Assembly: GCA_951406725.2 (NCBI GenBank)
Contig: OX597833.1
Location: forward strand, 58,528,001 to 58,592,000
Reading direction: 5' to 3'
DNA: 64,000 nucleotides
From: Octopus vulgaris
Taxonomy: Eukaryota
Program-made: the position numbers and the translations under genes
In this document: positions 1 to 14,223 of the stretch, piece by piece
Layout of the letters: each line of letters begins with the position of its first letter
Position numbering within the stretch: the first letter of the stretch is position 1
Notes under the pieces: generated by a model
Seen by the model: the letters and a program-made list of their open reading frames with translations, nothing else
Told to the model about the DNA's origin: nothing
Database searches by the model: none

Positions 1-74
1 AACCGTCCAACCCATGCTAGCATGGAAAGTGGACGTTAAACGATGATGATGATATGTATATATATATATGTTAG

Positions 75-454
75 CTAGGAGTTGCTGTGTGGTAAGTAGC
101 TTGCTAACCAACCACATGGTTCCAGGTTCAGTCCCACTGCGTGGCATCTTAGGCAAGTGTCTTCTGCTATAGCCCTGGGTCGACCAATGCCTTGAGAGTG
201 GATTTGGTAGACGGAAACTGAAAGAAGCCTGTCGTATATATATATATATATGTGTGTGTTTGTCTCCCTAGCATTGCTTGACAACCGATGCTGGTGTGTT
301 TACGTCCCCGTCACTTAGCGGTTCGGCAAAAGAGACCGATAGAATAAGTACTGGGCTTACAAAGACTAAGTCCCGGAGTCGATTTGCTCGACTAAAGGCG
401 GTGCTCCAGCATGGCCGCAGTCAAATGACTGAAACAAATAAAAGAGTAAAAGAG
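75..454 (+). mobile_element. SINE family A (tRNA-derived head, CORE-like ccttgggcaagt, internal (TA)n, tail ...gactgaaacaagtaaaagag)
   Basis: Near full-length copy; over 20 copies or fragments in the window with A-box-like gtggctgtgtggtaag and B-box-like ggttcagtccc. Confidence 0.88.
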
Positions 455-1054
455 TATGTCATTATCATTTTAATGTTCATTCTGCTATGCTTGCCGTGGG
501 TCAGATGGAGTTTATCGAGATAGATTTTTCCTGTTGTCAAAACTTACTTGTTTTCTTTGCAAGTTACTGTTTCTCCTTGGTCGGACATGTCTTCACGAAA
601 TATCGGCGACGAACGACACTGCTTCTATGACAGTGACACTCATTTACAACTTTCACGTGATGTCCAGACAAAGCCCCCCCCCAACACACACACACACATG
701 CACGCATACACGCGCGACAGGCTTATTCCAGTTTCTGTCAATCAGATCCACTTGCAACGCTTTGATTATCCTGGTGCTTTGGGATATGTCCTACATGCCA
801 CACAGTGGGACCGAACTTATAACCATGTATGTATATGTATATATATATATCTTGGGCTGGCCAGATTGGAGCAATCTCAAGATTAATCAGCTGAAATTGT
901 GAGGATGATCTGGTTCTTGACTGACGATAAAAGGCTTCAAATGACCCATCCTTGTTTTTTGGTATCATCTATCTGGATGTTTTGTTGTCCCTTTTTATAT
1001 CACCTAGTTGTCCAGATGTTTTGCGTTCTTGTCCCATTTTGTATATATATATAT

Positions 1055-1355
1055 ATAGCCTCGAGCCGACCAAAGCCTTGTGAGTGGATTTGGAAGACGG
1101 AAACTGAAAGAAGCCTGTCGTATATATGAATATATATATGTGTGTGTATATGTTTGTGTGTCTGTGTTTGTCCCCCCAACATCACTTGACAACCGATGCT
1201 GGTGTGTTTACGTCCTCGTAACTTAGTGGTTTGGCAAAAGCGACCGATAGAATAAGTACTAGGCTTACAAAAGAATAAGTCCTGGGGTCGATTTGCTCGA
1301 CTAAAGGCGGTGCTCCAGCATGGCTACAGTCAAATGACTGAAACGAGTAAAAGAG
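1055..1355 (+). mobile_element. SINE family A, 5'-truncated
   Basis: Matches the 3' three quarters of family A. Confidence 0.85.
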
Positions 1356-1439
1356 GACTAATATCTGAGTCTTTGCAACACTATCTGGAGTTGTTCGAAG
1401 TGGTTGATTTTCTGGGACATATATGCATATTCTTGTTAT

Positions 1440-1836
1440 AGGCGCAGGAGTGGCTGTGTGGTAAGTAGCTTGCTAACCAGCCACATGGTTCTGGGTTCAG
1501 TCCCACTGCGTGGCATCTTGGGCAAATGTCTTCTACTATAGCCCCGGGCCGACCAATGCCTTGTGAGTGGATTTGGTAGACGGAAACTGAAAGAAGCCCG
1601 TTGTATATATGTATATATATATATATGCGTGTGTGTTTGTGTGTCTGTGTTTGTCCCCCTAGCATTGCTTGACAACCGATGCTGGTGTGTTTATGTCCCC
1701 GTCACTTAGCGGTTCGGCAAAAGAGACCGATAGTATAAGTACTGGGCTTACAAAGAATAAGTCCCGGGGTCGAGTTGCTCGACTAAAGGCGGTGCTCCAG
1801 CATGGCCGTAGTCAAATGACTGAAACAAGTAAAAGA
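1440..1836 (+). mobile_element. SINE family A, full length
   Basis: ggcgcaggagtggctgtgtgg ... gaaacaagtaaaagag. Confidence 0.9.
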
Positions 1837-2228
1837 GAATGAGAAAGAGAATAGAAAATGATCTCTCACAGATGCCTTTAATGCTTAGGTTTGGGTAGAT
1901 CTGCAAATTACTGTTCATGATGTCATATCCTGCTTGTGGCATTTCTGTGAAAAGCCAGAAGTACTTCATACCCAAGTGGTTTACAGTTTTTACAAAGAAG
2001 AAAATATTAAGAAGAAAAGCCAAAAAGAAAACTTTTATTCTTTTAATTGCAACTGGATTGTTATTTTTGTAAGTGAGATTCATAAAATATTGCATTGAAT
2101 TAGGTGAACTTTGTGGTTATATTTATTTCTATTTGGGGAAATACTCTGTTTCATTTTGAAATATGGTTGGCTTGGTGGGTGCAGCTCTAGATTACAAGTC
2201 TAGACTTTGTGGTTCCCACCCTGTCTCG

Positions 2229-2552
2229 TGTGGAGGCGTATGGCTTAGTGGTTAGGGCATTCAGCTGGCAATCGTAAAGCCGTGAGTTCGATTCCCGGCA
2301 ACATGTTCTATCCTTGAGCAAGACATTTTATTTCACATTGCTCCAGTTCACTCAGCTGGCAAGGATGAGTAGTACCTGTATTTCAAAGGGCCAGCCTTGT
2401 CACATTCTGGGTCTCACTAAATCTCCTTGGGAACTACATTAAGGGTGCACATGTCTGTGAAGTACTCAGCCACTTGTATGTTAATTTCACGAGCAGGCTG
2501 TTCCATTGATCATATCAGCTGGGACCTTCGTTGTTGTAACCGACAGAGTGCT
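2229..2552 (+). mobile_element. tRNA-derived SINE, variant head with family B' tail
   Basis: tggcttagtggttaggg and gagttcgattccc boxes; tail shared with 2635-3118 and 40228-40612. Confidence 0.75.
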
Positions 2553-2634
2553 CTTATCTACATGGTGTAGCAAGACGACCTGGGACACCCAACGTCCATG
2601 CTGCAAGCTTAATTTTTCAATGGCTCATTGTAGG

Positions 2635-3118
2635 TGGCACTCCGTCAGTTATGACGACAAGGGTTCCAGTTGATCCGATCAATGGAACGGCCTGCTCATG
2701 AAATTAACGTGCAAGTGGCTGAGTATTCCACAGACACGTGCACCCATAACGTAGTTCTCGGGGAGATTCTGCGTGACACAGAGTGAGACAAGGCTGGCCC
2801 CTTTGAAATACAGGCACAACAGAAACAGAAAGAAAGAGTGAGAGAAAGTTGGGGTGAAAGAGTACAGCAAGGTTCACCACCACCCCCCTGCTGGAGCCTC
2901 GTGGAGCTTTAGGTGTTTTCGCTCAATAAACACTCCCGACCTGGGAATTGAAACCGCGGTCCTACAACCATGAGTCCACTACCCTAACCACTGGGCCATT
3001 GCGCAAACCGCGATCCTACAACCATGAGTCCACTACCCTGACCACTGGACCATTGCGCAAACCACGATCCTACAACCGCGAGTCCGCTACCCTAACCACT
3101 GGGCCATTGCGCCTCCAC
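2635..3118 (-). mobile_element. SINE family B' with triplicated 5' head
   Basis: 14-bp TSD aatggctcattgta on both sides; tRNA-like head. Confidence 0.9.
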
Positions 3119-3341
3119 TAATGGCTCATTGTACAGAACCCTAAATAGACGTGATAAGGTCTATCTCCTGAGACATGTTTCATCACACCGCATCAAGTAT
3201 CTCTGTCCTCCATCAGCTTCGATGGGTTCTCAGTTTATTAATTGAATTAGTAATTGAATGAAGGATATAATTGTTGGCCCTGTGCCAAAATTATAAAGAA
3301 TCATTGACCAGGTTAATTATAAAGAGTCCTTAGCCATTTAC

Positions 3342-3504
3342 AGGTGTAGGAGTGGCTGTGTGGTAAGAAGCTTGCTTCCCAACCACACAGTTCTTGGTTC
3401 AGTCCCACTGCGTGGCACCTTGGGCAAGTGTCTTCTACTAAAGCCTCAGACCGACCAAAGCCTTGTGAGTGGATTTGGTTGACGGAAACTGAAAAGAAGC
3501 CCAT

Positions 3505-3541
<37 letters not shown>

Positions 3542-3616
3542 GTATGTATATGTATATATATATTTGTGTCTGCGTTTACCCCCCCATCGCTTGACAACTG
3601 ATGTTGGTAGGGACAA

Positions 3617-3668
<52 letters not shown>

Positions 3669-3829
3669 GATGGGCTTCTTTTCAGTTTCCGTCTACCAAA
3701 TCCACTCACAAGGCTTTGGTCGGCCCGAGGCTATAGTAGAAGACACTTGCCCAAGGTGCCACGCAGTGGGACTGAACCCGGAACCATGTGGTTGGTAAGC
3801 AAGCTTCTTACCACACCGCCACGCCTACG

Positions 3830-3832
<3 letters not shown>
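3342..3832. mobile_element. Two SINE A 5' halves fused in opposite orientation
   Basis: Plus half 3342-3600, minus half about 3592-3832. Confidence 0.85.
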
Positions 3833-3884
<52 letters not shown>

Positions 3885-3899
3885 AATAGTTTCATGCTC

Positions 3900-4115
3900 C
3901 ATGTTATGTGTCTTCTCTGTCAAGAACATCCATGTAGTTGGCCAGTCTCCAAAATCCAACATCCAATATGGCAATATGGCCTGGTGTTCAGCAAAGCCAA
4001 CTGCCCTGCATTGAGCAACCCTAGCTAGAATCTGTCTATAGATCTCCTCTTTGATCTTGCATAAAAGATATAGGATGTTTTGAGCTTCCATGAGAAGCCT
4101 CGTGTACATACTTTC
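3900..4115 (-). pseudogene. RTE-like LINE ORF C-terminal relic
   Basis: YTRLLMEAQNI...KEEIYRQILARVAQCRAVGFAEH resembles the RTE C-terminal YTRLL..AQNISW...IYG...RR..FAGH region. Confidence 0.55.
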
Positions 4116-4436
4116 AAAGAACAGCAGAAGAACTGCATAATAATTAAGTATGTTGTTCGCTTGTGCTATTGGATATTATGGCATTGTTAATTAGGAAATC
4201 ATTATTTTTGTTACTATAGATCCAGTAGCATATGTTTCACTTAATTCCAACTATGGGAAATTATCAATATTACTGCTTTGCTTTTCTTAATCTATTAATC
4301 TTGGGTTTATGAAAGAAAGTTTTATTGTTTGAGTAGACCTATGATAAAAAAAAGGCCTTCCAGCCATGGCCATCACACATTCTTAGGAGCATTTAGACCT
4401 GCATTATTTAATGCAACCATTCCTTACTTTTTTTAA

Positions 4437-6457
4437 AGACAGGGCTGTGATCTGAGAGAATTTGGCTGTTATTTCTAGCAAGACAGTTGACCACACAGAG
4501 GATTCTACATTGACGCCTTATTGTTAGTTGTTGTTTTAATCCCTGGCTCAGACTTATTATCAATGGTAATCCAGCCAATATGTCTCTCCCTTTTCAAGTT
4601 GTAGGGTTTAATTTGATGGCGACTAAGCTGCTATTTCTAGTAGGTTGCGTGACCATGGAAAGACACCGAGTCGCCCTCCCATTTTTGAATTTTTACAGTG
4701 CTGCTATTGTTTCGATCCCTCCTGGGTCAAATATTGAAGACAGGGGGGCTGTGACCTGAGAGAATTTGGCTGTTATTTCTAGCAAGACAGTTGACCGTAA
4801 TCCAGCCAATATGTCTTTCTCTTTTCATGAATTTGATGGCGACTCAGCTGCTATTTCTAGTAGGTTGCGTGACCATGGAAAGACACCGAGTCGCCCTCCC
4901 GTTTTTGTAAAACTTTGAATTTTTACAGTGCTGCTAATGTTTTTTGATCCCTCCTGGGTCAAATATTGAAGACAGGGGGCTGTGATTGTTAGAATTTGGT
5001 TGTTGTTAATCCCTGGCTCAAGACTTAGTTGATCAATGGTAATCCAGCCAATATGTCTCTCCCTTTTCAAGTTGTAGGGTTTAATTTGATGGCGACTAAG
5101 CTGCTATTTCTAGTAGGTTGCGTGACCATGGAAAGACACCGAGTCGCCCTCCCATTTTGTAAAACTTTGAATTTTTACAGTGCTGCTATTGTTTCGATCC
5201 CTCCTGGGTCAAATATTGAAGACAGAGGGCTGTGACCTGAGAGAATTTGGCTGTTATTTCTAGCAAGACAGTTGACCGTAATCCAGCCAATATGTCTCTC
5301 TATTTTCATGAATTTGATGGCGACTAAGCTGCTATTTCTAGTAGGTTGCGTGACCATGGAAAGACACCGAGTCGCCCTCCCGTTTTTGTAAAACTTTAAA
5401 TTTTTACAGTGCTGCTATTGTTTCGATCCCTCCTGGGTCAAATATTGAAGAAGAAAGGGGGCTGTGACCTGAGAGAATTTGGCTGTTGTTTTTCTAGCAA
5501 GACAGTTGACCGTAATCCAGCCAATATGTCTCTCCTTTTCAAGTTGTAGGGTTTAATTTGATGGCGACTCAGCTGCTATTTCTAGTAGGTTGCGTGACCA
5601 TGGAAAGACACCGAGTCGCCCTCCCATTTTGTAAAACTTTGAATTTTTACAGTGCTGCTAATGTTTTTTGATCCCTCCTGGGTCAAATATTGAAGACAGG
5701 GGGCTGTGACCTGAGAGAATTTGGCTGTTGTTTCTAGCAAGACAGTTGACCGTAATCCAGCCAATATGTCTCTCCCTTTTCAAGTTGTAGGGTTGAATTT
5801 GATGGCGACTAAGCTGCTATTTCTAGTAGGTTGCGTGACCATGGAAAGACACCGAGTCGCCCTCCCATTTTGTAAAACTTTGAATTTTTACACTGCTGCT
5901 AATGTGTTTCGATCCCTCTGGGTCAAATATTGAAGACAGAGGGCTGTGACCTGAGAGAATTTGGCTGTTATTTCTAGCAAGACAGTAGACCGTAATCCAG
6001 CCAATATGTCTCTCTATTTTCATGAATTTGATGGCGACTAAGCTGCTATTTCTAGTAGGTTCCGTGACCATGGAAAGACACCGAGTCGCCCTCCCGTTTT
6101 GTAAAACTTTAAATTTTTACAGTGCTGCTATTGTTTCGATCCCTCCTGGGTCAAATATTGAAGTCAGTTGTATTTTTAAAGAATTTGGCTGTTATTTCTA
6201 GCAAGACAGTTGACCACACAGAGGATTCTACATTGACGCCTTATTGTTAGTTGTTTTAATCCCTGGCTCAGACTTATTATCAATGGTAATCCAGCCAATA
6301 TGTCTCTCCCTTTTCAAGTTGTAGGGTTTAATTTGATGGCGACTCAGCTGCTATTTCTAGTAGGTTGCGTGACACCAAGTCGCCCTCCCACTTTGTAAAA
6401 CTTTGAATTTTTACAGTGCTGCTATTGTTTCGATCCCTCCTGGGTCAAATATTGAAG
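4437..6457. repeat. Tandem satellite, 8 units of about 230-295 bp
   Basis: Anchor ...gggtcaaatattgaag recurs 8 times (ends near 4739, 4971, 5221, 5450, 5695, 5935, 6163, 6457). Confidence 0.95.
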
Positions 6458-6894
6458 TCAGTTGTATTGATCATACCCGAATCTCTCTGCACAAAAGCAA
6501 TGAAAAATCAATAACGCAGGAGAAAAGTGGGGCAAAAATATGGTTATGAAATTCATCAGCAGTCTGACGAAACGACCAGGTTTTCGAGTAGAGCCGAGTC
6601 TTGTCGCGGCTTCCCCCGTCTCCCTCTTAAATAAATCAGACTTTATATAAATAAACAAATATTTGCCTTTTTTGCCACACGAAGCCAGTAAAACATCGTT
6701 GGTCTGCTGGGAAACGGTGCAGTCTATCGGAGTGAAAAACTGTCAATAATTAAGTGGCACTTGGAAGAAAGTGCTTCAGACCTAAGTACGGGGTTTGTCT
6801 CCAGCGATTATTAGCTAGATCAATTGCTATTGTAAAGTGTGTTTACTGTAATTATTAGTCAACGTCTTTTTCTTTTTTTAAATCTCCCCCCACC

Positions 6895-6953
6895 CTCTCT
6901 CTCTCTGTTTCTCTCTCTCTCTGTTTCTCTCTCTCTCTGTGTCTCTGTCTCTC
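6895..6953. repeat. (CT)n microsatellite
   Basis: Direct observation. Confidence 0.9.
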
Positions 6954-7072
6954 CTGAATGGTGTTGTGGTTAGTATATTTGGTTACGTTGGTCATGCAAG
7001 TAATTAAACATTAAGCTTTTTTGTTGTTTAAAAAGTGAAAGTGCACATTTTGGTTTGACAAGTTTTAGAATT

Positions 7073-9495
<2,423 letters not shown>

Positions 9496-9823
9496 CATCT
9501 AATTGTGTGTGTGATAACTCTGCTGATGACTGCTAATAGTTTAAGCATTTCGGGATTCTTCCCTCCCCCCCAGCTTTCCTCCACCACTGGCTATTGTTTG
9601 TGGTGGATGAAGGACCTGCACTCATTAGCTCCCGCGTTAACCCCCGAGACAAGTGTAACTCTTGCACAATGACTGATGATGATGCACAGCACAAAGGATG
9701 GCTGAAATGCAGCAAGCCTGTTGCAGTGTTAATTAAGCGATTAGCAGCAATGAGTGACTGGTTTCAGGCGAGCGGAAAGAAAAAAGAAAAAGAAAAAAAA
9801 AATCAGCGAGATTCATATACCAT

Positions 9824-9995
9824 AGGCGTAGGAGTGGCTGTGTGGTAAGTAGCTTGCTTACCAACCACATGGTTCCGGGTTCAGTCCCACTGCGTGGCAC
9901 CTTGGGCAAGTGTCTTCTGCTAAAGCCTCGGGTCGACCAAAGCCTTGTGAGTGGATTTGGTGGACAGAAACTGAAAGAAGCCTGTTGTATATATG

Positions 9996-10045
<50 letters not shown>

Positions 10046-10450
10046 ATCCAAACATGAAAAAAACACAAAGAGAAAACTCAACAACGCGAGGATGTGGAAC
10101 AAATATAGTATTATTGGATGCTCAGTAAGGAAGGGAAGAAGGAGGTTTTTACGTTTCGAGCGGTGCTCTTCGTCGGAAATATAGGAGAAGGAAAGATCCA
10201 GAGAAGAGAAGACGGAGGAAAAAAAATTGTTGTGTGTGTGTATATGTTTGTGTGTCTGTGTTTGTCCCCCACAACATCGCTTGACAACCGATGTTGGTGT
10301 GTTTACGTCCCCATAACTTAGCGGCTCGGCAAAAGGAGACTGACAGAATAAGTACTAGGCTTACAAAGAATAAGTCCTGGGGGGTCGATTTGCTTGACTA
10401 AAAGGCGGTGCTCCAGCATGGCCGCAGTCAAATGACTGAAACAAGTAAAA
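9824..10450 (+). mobile_element. SINE family A interrupted by a 187-bp insert in its (TA)n tract
   Basis: 5' half 9824-10041, 3' half 10230-10450. Confidence 0.88.
10146..10180 (-). ncRNA. Minimal type-I hammerhead-like motif (Penelope-type) within insert 10042-10228
   Basis: Reverse complement ttt-CCGACGA-a-GAGC-acc-GCTC-GAAACGTA-aaa. Confidence 0.6.
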
Positions 10451-10805
10451 GGGTAACACACCACACCGTAACAAGTTCTTCACAAGTTGCAGCAAAAATT
10501 GTGTTTATAGCAATGGACTATGACAGCTTTCTCTTAACATGCTCCCACTTTTCTGTAATCTCATTTCTTGCACATGGTTCATATGCGTATGGTCTTTTGG
10601 CCAACTTACATTTATAATAAATTGGCAAACGTTGCATATTACTTTTGATATCTGCCATGACATATGTGGTATGTGTTTATATCTTTAGTGATCTTCAGTG
10701 ATTTAATGATAATTCTTCGTTCAACAAATGCCATCTCCTTTCAACTTTTGCCATTGCCAAATAAATGAAAACATTAGTTAATTTACATTATATATTAGAC
10801 TAATG

Positions 10806-11198
10806 GAATCTTTTCGGTTTGACAGGCAGTTTTTTAAAATAATTTCCACGTAACTAAACACTTTTAAACTTCGTATACTGGTAGAATGTGTTTATAAAAC
10901 ATCTTTTTCTCTTGGCTTTATTGAGAAAATTTTATAGTTTGTAAGATATTTGTTGTTTTTTTCCTTCAATTTCTGCAATTTCAATCAATCAATGATGTCT
11001 ATTGAGGTAAAAACATTCTGTGCTGTATGAAAATGTCCCCCGCTTAAGAAACAGATTGGGTTTATTTACATTTCCCCCACTCCTAACCCTAACCCTAAAA
11101 CAGATTGAAATGCAATAGATTGATTCTAGGGTCATAATTATGGGTGACAATGTCATATGACACCGCTAGAAAAACTGCTGTTCAAACTGAAAAGATCC
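10806..11198 (+). mobile_element. Merlin/IS1016-like MITE with internal TAACCC repeats
   Basis: About 28-bp TIR ggatcttttcggtttgaacggcagtttt; 8-bp TSD gactaatg/aactaatg. Confidence 0.8.
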
Positions 11199-11333
11199 AA
11201 CTAATGTCTAATATATTAGACTAATGTGTTTTAAGTACCGTATTTTAATATGTATGAGGAATCCTCGTGTATAAGGAATCCCCTAACTTTTGGGGCTTAA
11301 AATTTGGATAAAAGGTTTTGTAAGGGATTAGGA

Positions 11334-11720
11334 AGTGGAGGCGTAATGGCCCAGTGGTTAGGGCAGTGGACTAGCAGTCGGAGGATTGCGGTTTCAATTC
11401 CCAGACTGGGAGTTGTGTGTGTTTATTGAGCACCTAAAAGCTCCATGAGGCTCCGGCAGGGGGTGGTAACGACCCCTATTGCACTCTTTCGTCCCAACTT
11501 TCTCTCACTCTTTCTTCCTGTTTCTTGGATAATGCTGCGATAGACTAGCATGATCGTGATTTTGATTCCTGGATCGTGTGGTGTGATATGTTCTTGAGCA
11601 AAACACTTTATTCCACGTTGCCTCAGTCCACTCAGCCGTCTATGAGTAACCGTGCAAAGAACTAGCATCCATATTCAGACCTTGGTCACTGAGAAACTCG
11701 GTAACTATGGGTCTTAGTAC
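11334..11720 (+). mobile_element. Degenerate or chimeric SINE family B
   Basis: gtggaggcgtaatggcccagtggttagggc head and family B body. Confidence 0.7.
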
Positions 11721-11864
11721 TCAAGACAGTATTTACTTTACTTACTGAATACAATATCAGTGTATCAACCAGAATACTGGATATTGTTATACACTGCTGG
11801 TCACAATGCACTTCCAGTTCTTTCATGATTGCACTTTTCTTTATCATCTTGGCCAAAATCATAG

Positions 11865-12138
11865 CGCTGCCTTGACTGGCTTCTGTGCCGGTGGCACGTT
11901 AAAAGCACCAACCAATTGTGACCACTGCCAGACTCCCCTGACACCTGTGCTAGTGGCACATAAAAAGCACCTACTACATTCACGGAGTGGTTGGCGTTGG
12001 GAAGGGCATCGAGCTGTAGAAGCACTGCCAGATCAGACTGGAGCCTGGTGCAGCCTCCTGGTTTCCCAGACCCCGGTTGAACCGTCCAACCCGTGCTAGC
12101 GCAGAAAATGGACGTTAAATGACGACGACGATGATGAT
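11865..12138 (+). mobile_element. SINE family C (gtgccggtggcacgtaaaaagcacc modules, aggaagggcatccagctgtag core, RTE-like (GAT)n tail)
   Basis: More than 15 related copies or fragments in the window. Confidence 0.85.
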
Positions 12139-12491
12139 GTATTTCCATCATCTTTACTGAACATAATATAGTAAGATTTAATGGTGGTCGTAACCGTTCA
12201 GGATTCAAATTACTCTATGAAATGTAATGGTTATTTATTCACATTTTAAAAAATTAATTATGTATTATCTTGTAGCTAAGAGATTTTGAAGCAGTGCAGG
12301 TGCCACTTGAAAAGCATCCAGTGCACACTGTTAAGTGGTTGGCATTAGGAAGGGCGTCTAATTGTAAAAACTATGCCACAACCGACCTCGCCTGTGCTGG
12401 TGTCATGTAAATAGCACTCAGCTCACTCTGTGGAGTGGTTCATGTTAGGAAGAGCATCCAGTCATAAAAAAAAAATCATGCCAAAACGGAC

Positions 12492-12802
12492 AGTGGAAGC
12501 ACATGGCCTAGTGGTTAGAGCAGTGGACTCGTGGTCGAGGGATCGCGGGTTCGAATCTCTGCCCGGGCGATGTGTGTGTTTATGAGCGAAACACCCAAGC
12601 TTCACACGACTCCGGCAGAAGGTAATGGCAAAACTTCTGCTGACTCTTTCGCCACAACTTTCTCTCACTCTTTCCTCCTGCATCTTGCAGCTCACCTGTG
12701 ACGGATCGGCGTTCCATCCAGGTAGGGAACCTATACGCCAAGCAAACCGGGAAAACTGGCCCTTATGAGCCAGGCATAGCTCGAGAAGGAACAAACAACA
12801 AG
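12492..12802 (+). mobile_element. SINE family B (tRNA-Arg-like head, V-domain-like segment) nested in an old family C copy
   Basis: TSD aaaac(g/a)gaca; host family C parts at 12300-12490 and 12803-12912. Confidence 0.85.
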
Positions 12803-12924
12803 AAAACAGACACAGAAGTCTGGTGCAGTTTTCTGCCTGGCCAGGTCCTGTCAAACTGTCCAACCCATGCCAGCATGGAAGGAGGATGTTAAACGATGAT
12901 GATGATGATGATTACTCTCTCTCT

Positions 12925-13139
12925 CTCTTTTACTCTTTTACTTGTTTCATTTATTTGACTGCGCCCATGCTGGAGCACCACCGTTAGTCGAGCAAATCGA
13001 TCCCGGGACTTATTCTTTGTAAGCTCAGTACTTATTCTATCGGTCTCTTTTGCTGTACCGCTAAGTGACAGGGACATAAACACACCAGCATCGGTTGTCA
13101 AGCAATGCTAGAGGGACAAACACAGACACACAAACATAT

Positions 13140-13192
<53 letters not shown>

Positions 13193-13348
13193 TATATACG
13201 ACAGGCTTCTTTCAGTTTCCGTCTACTAAATCCACTCACAAGGCTTTGGTCAGCCCGAGGCTATAGCAAAAGACACTTGCCCAAGATGCCGAACCCGGAA
13301 CCATGTGGTTGGTAAGCAAGCTACTTACCACACAGCCACTCCTGCGCC
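12925..13348 (-). mobile_element. SINE family A, full length
   Basis: Reverse-complement match to family A. Confidence 0.9.
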
Positions 13349-13962
13349 TGTTTATTTTTAGAATGCCATTGCTGTATAAATGTGAGATGCTGTCTATGGC
13401 TAGTTTGAACATAAGACAATTAGACTATCTGGGCCAGATACAGCCAGTCTGACTGCTAAAAGGTTAAAGATAAGAGCTTTCAACTGCAGAAAGTATTGAG
13501 TTTAACTAGATGCTTAGTCATGTTATCGAAAGATTCAAGATTACGAAGAAAGCATCAGTCATAAAATATTAATTGGATGTCTAAAAACCAAGCCATTTGT
13601 TTTAAACTCAACCTGAACAGTACCAATTTTTCTGTCTTTTCTCTTGAGACTTGTGACATCATAATCTAGTTTTCTTAGCTTTACAGTTTTGCAGGCAGCT
13701 TTTACTGTTTAGTGAACTGGTGGTTACTCATGTACCATGTCACTTTGATGACTGATCGGTCAATTTGAAAGAAAGAATTTCAGCAGACAGTCGCTTGTTC
13801 TTAATCCATCGAGGAATCCCACCGAAAGTCATAGGAAAGTTATTTTCAATATTTATTGAAGTCAGAGGAATCGTACCAGATAAAAACCTGATTAGAAGAG
13901 ATTAAAAGAGATTATGTATGAGTTAGATGAATTGCAAAAAGACAGACAATCCTCTGAGTCTG

Positions 13963-14223
13963 AGTCACTCCGAAAAGCTTTATCTGCGACGATTTCATCT
14001 CAATCGAAGGAAAGGGGCGTTCTCCATCCGGGTTGCGGATCCGTGGAATAAGCTGCCGGATGAGATAGTGAAGATGCCGATGACCGCTCGGTTCAAAGTC
14101 TCTCTTGACCAGAAATGGCCTGAACTCTTTGCATGAACACCCTCCCTGTACATAACTCCATGTCCCCCTACATGGCCTTGCTTTTTGCTTTTTGAGCCAA
14201 AAAATTAACGTAACTTAACTTAA
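13963..14223 (+). mobile_element. 5'-truncated CR1-clade LINE 3' end
   Basis: HSEKLYLRRFHLNRRKGAFSIRVADPWNKLPDEIVKMPMTARFKVSLD fits the CR1 ORF2 C-terminal motif (FS.RV...WN.LP...FK..LD); 3' UTR ends in (taact)n. Confidence 0.8.

Noticed and set aside
6548-6590. CTGACGA/GAAAC and minus-strand CTGATGA hammerhead-like words
   Set aside because: No stem II between the core boxes and no stem I pairing.
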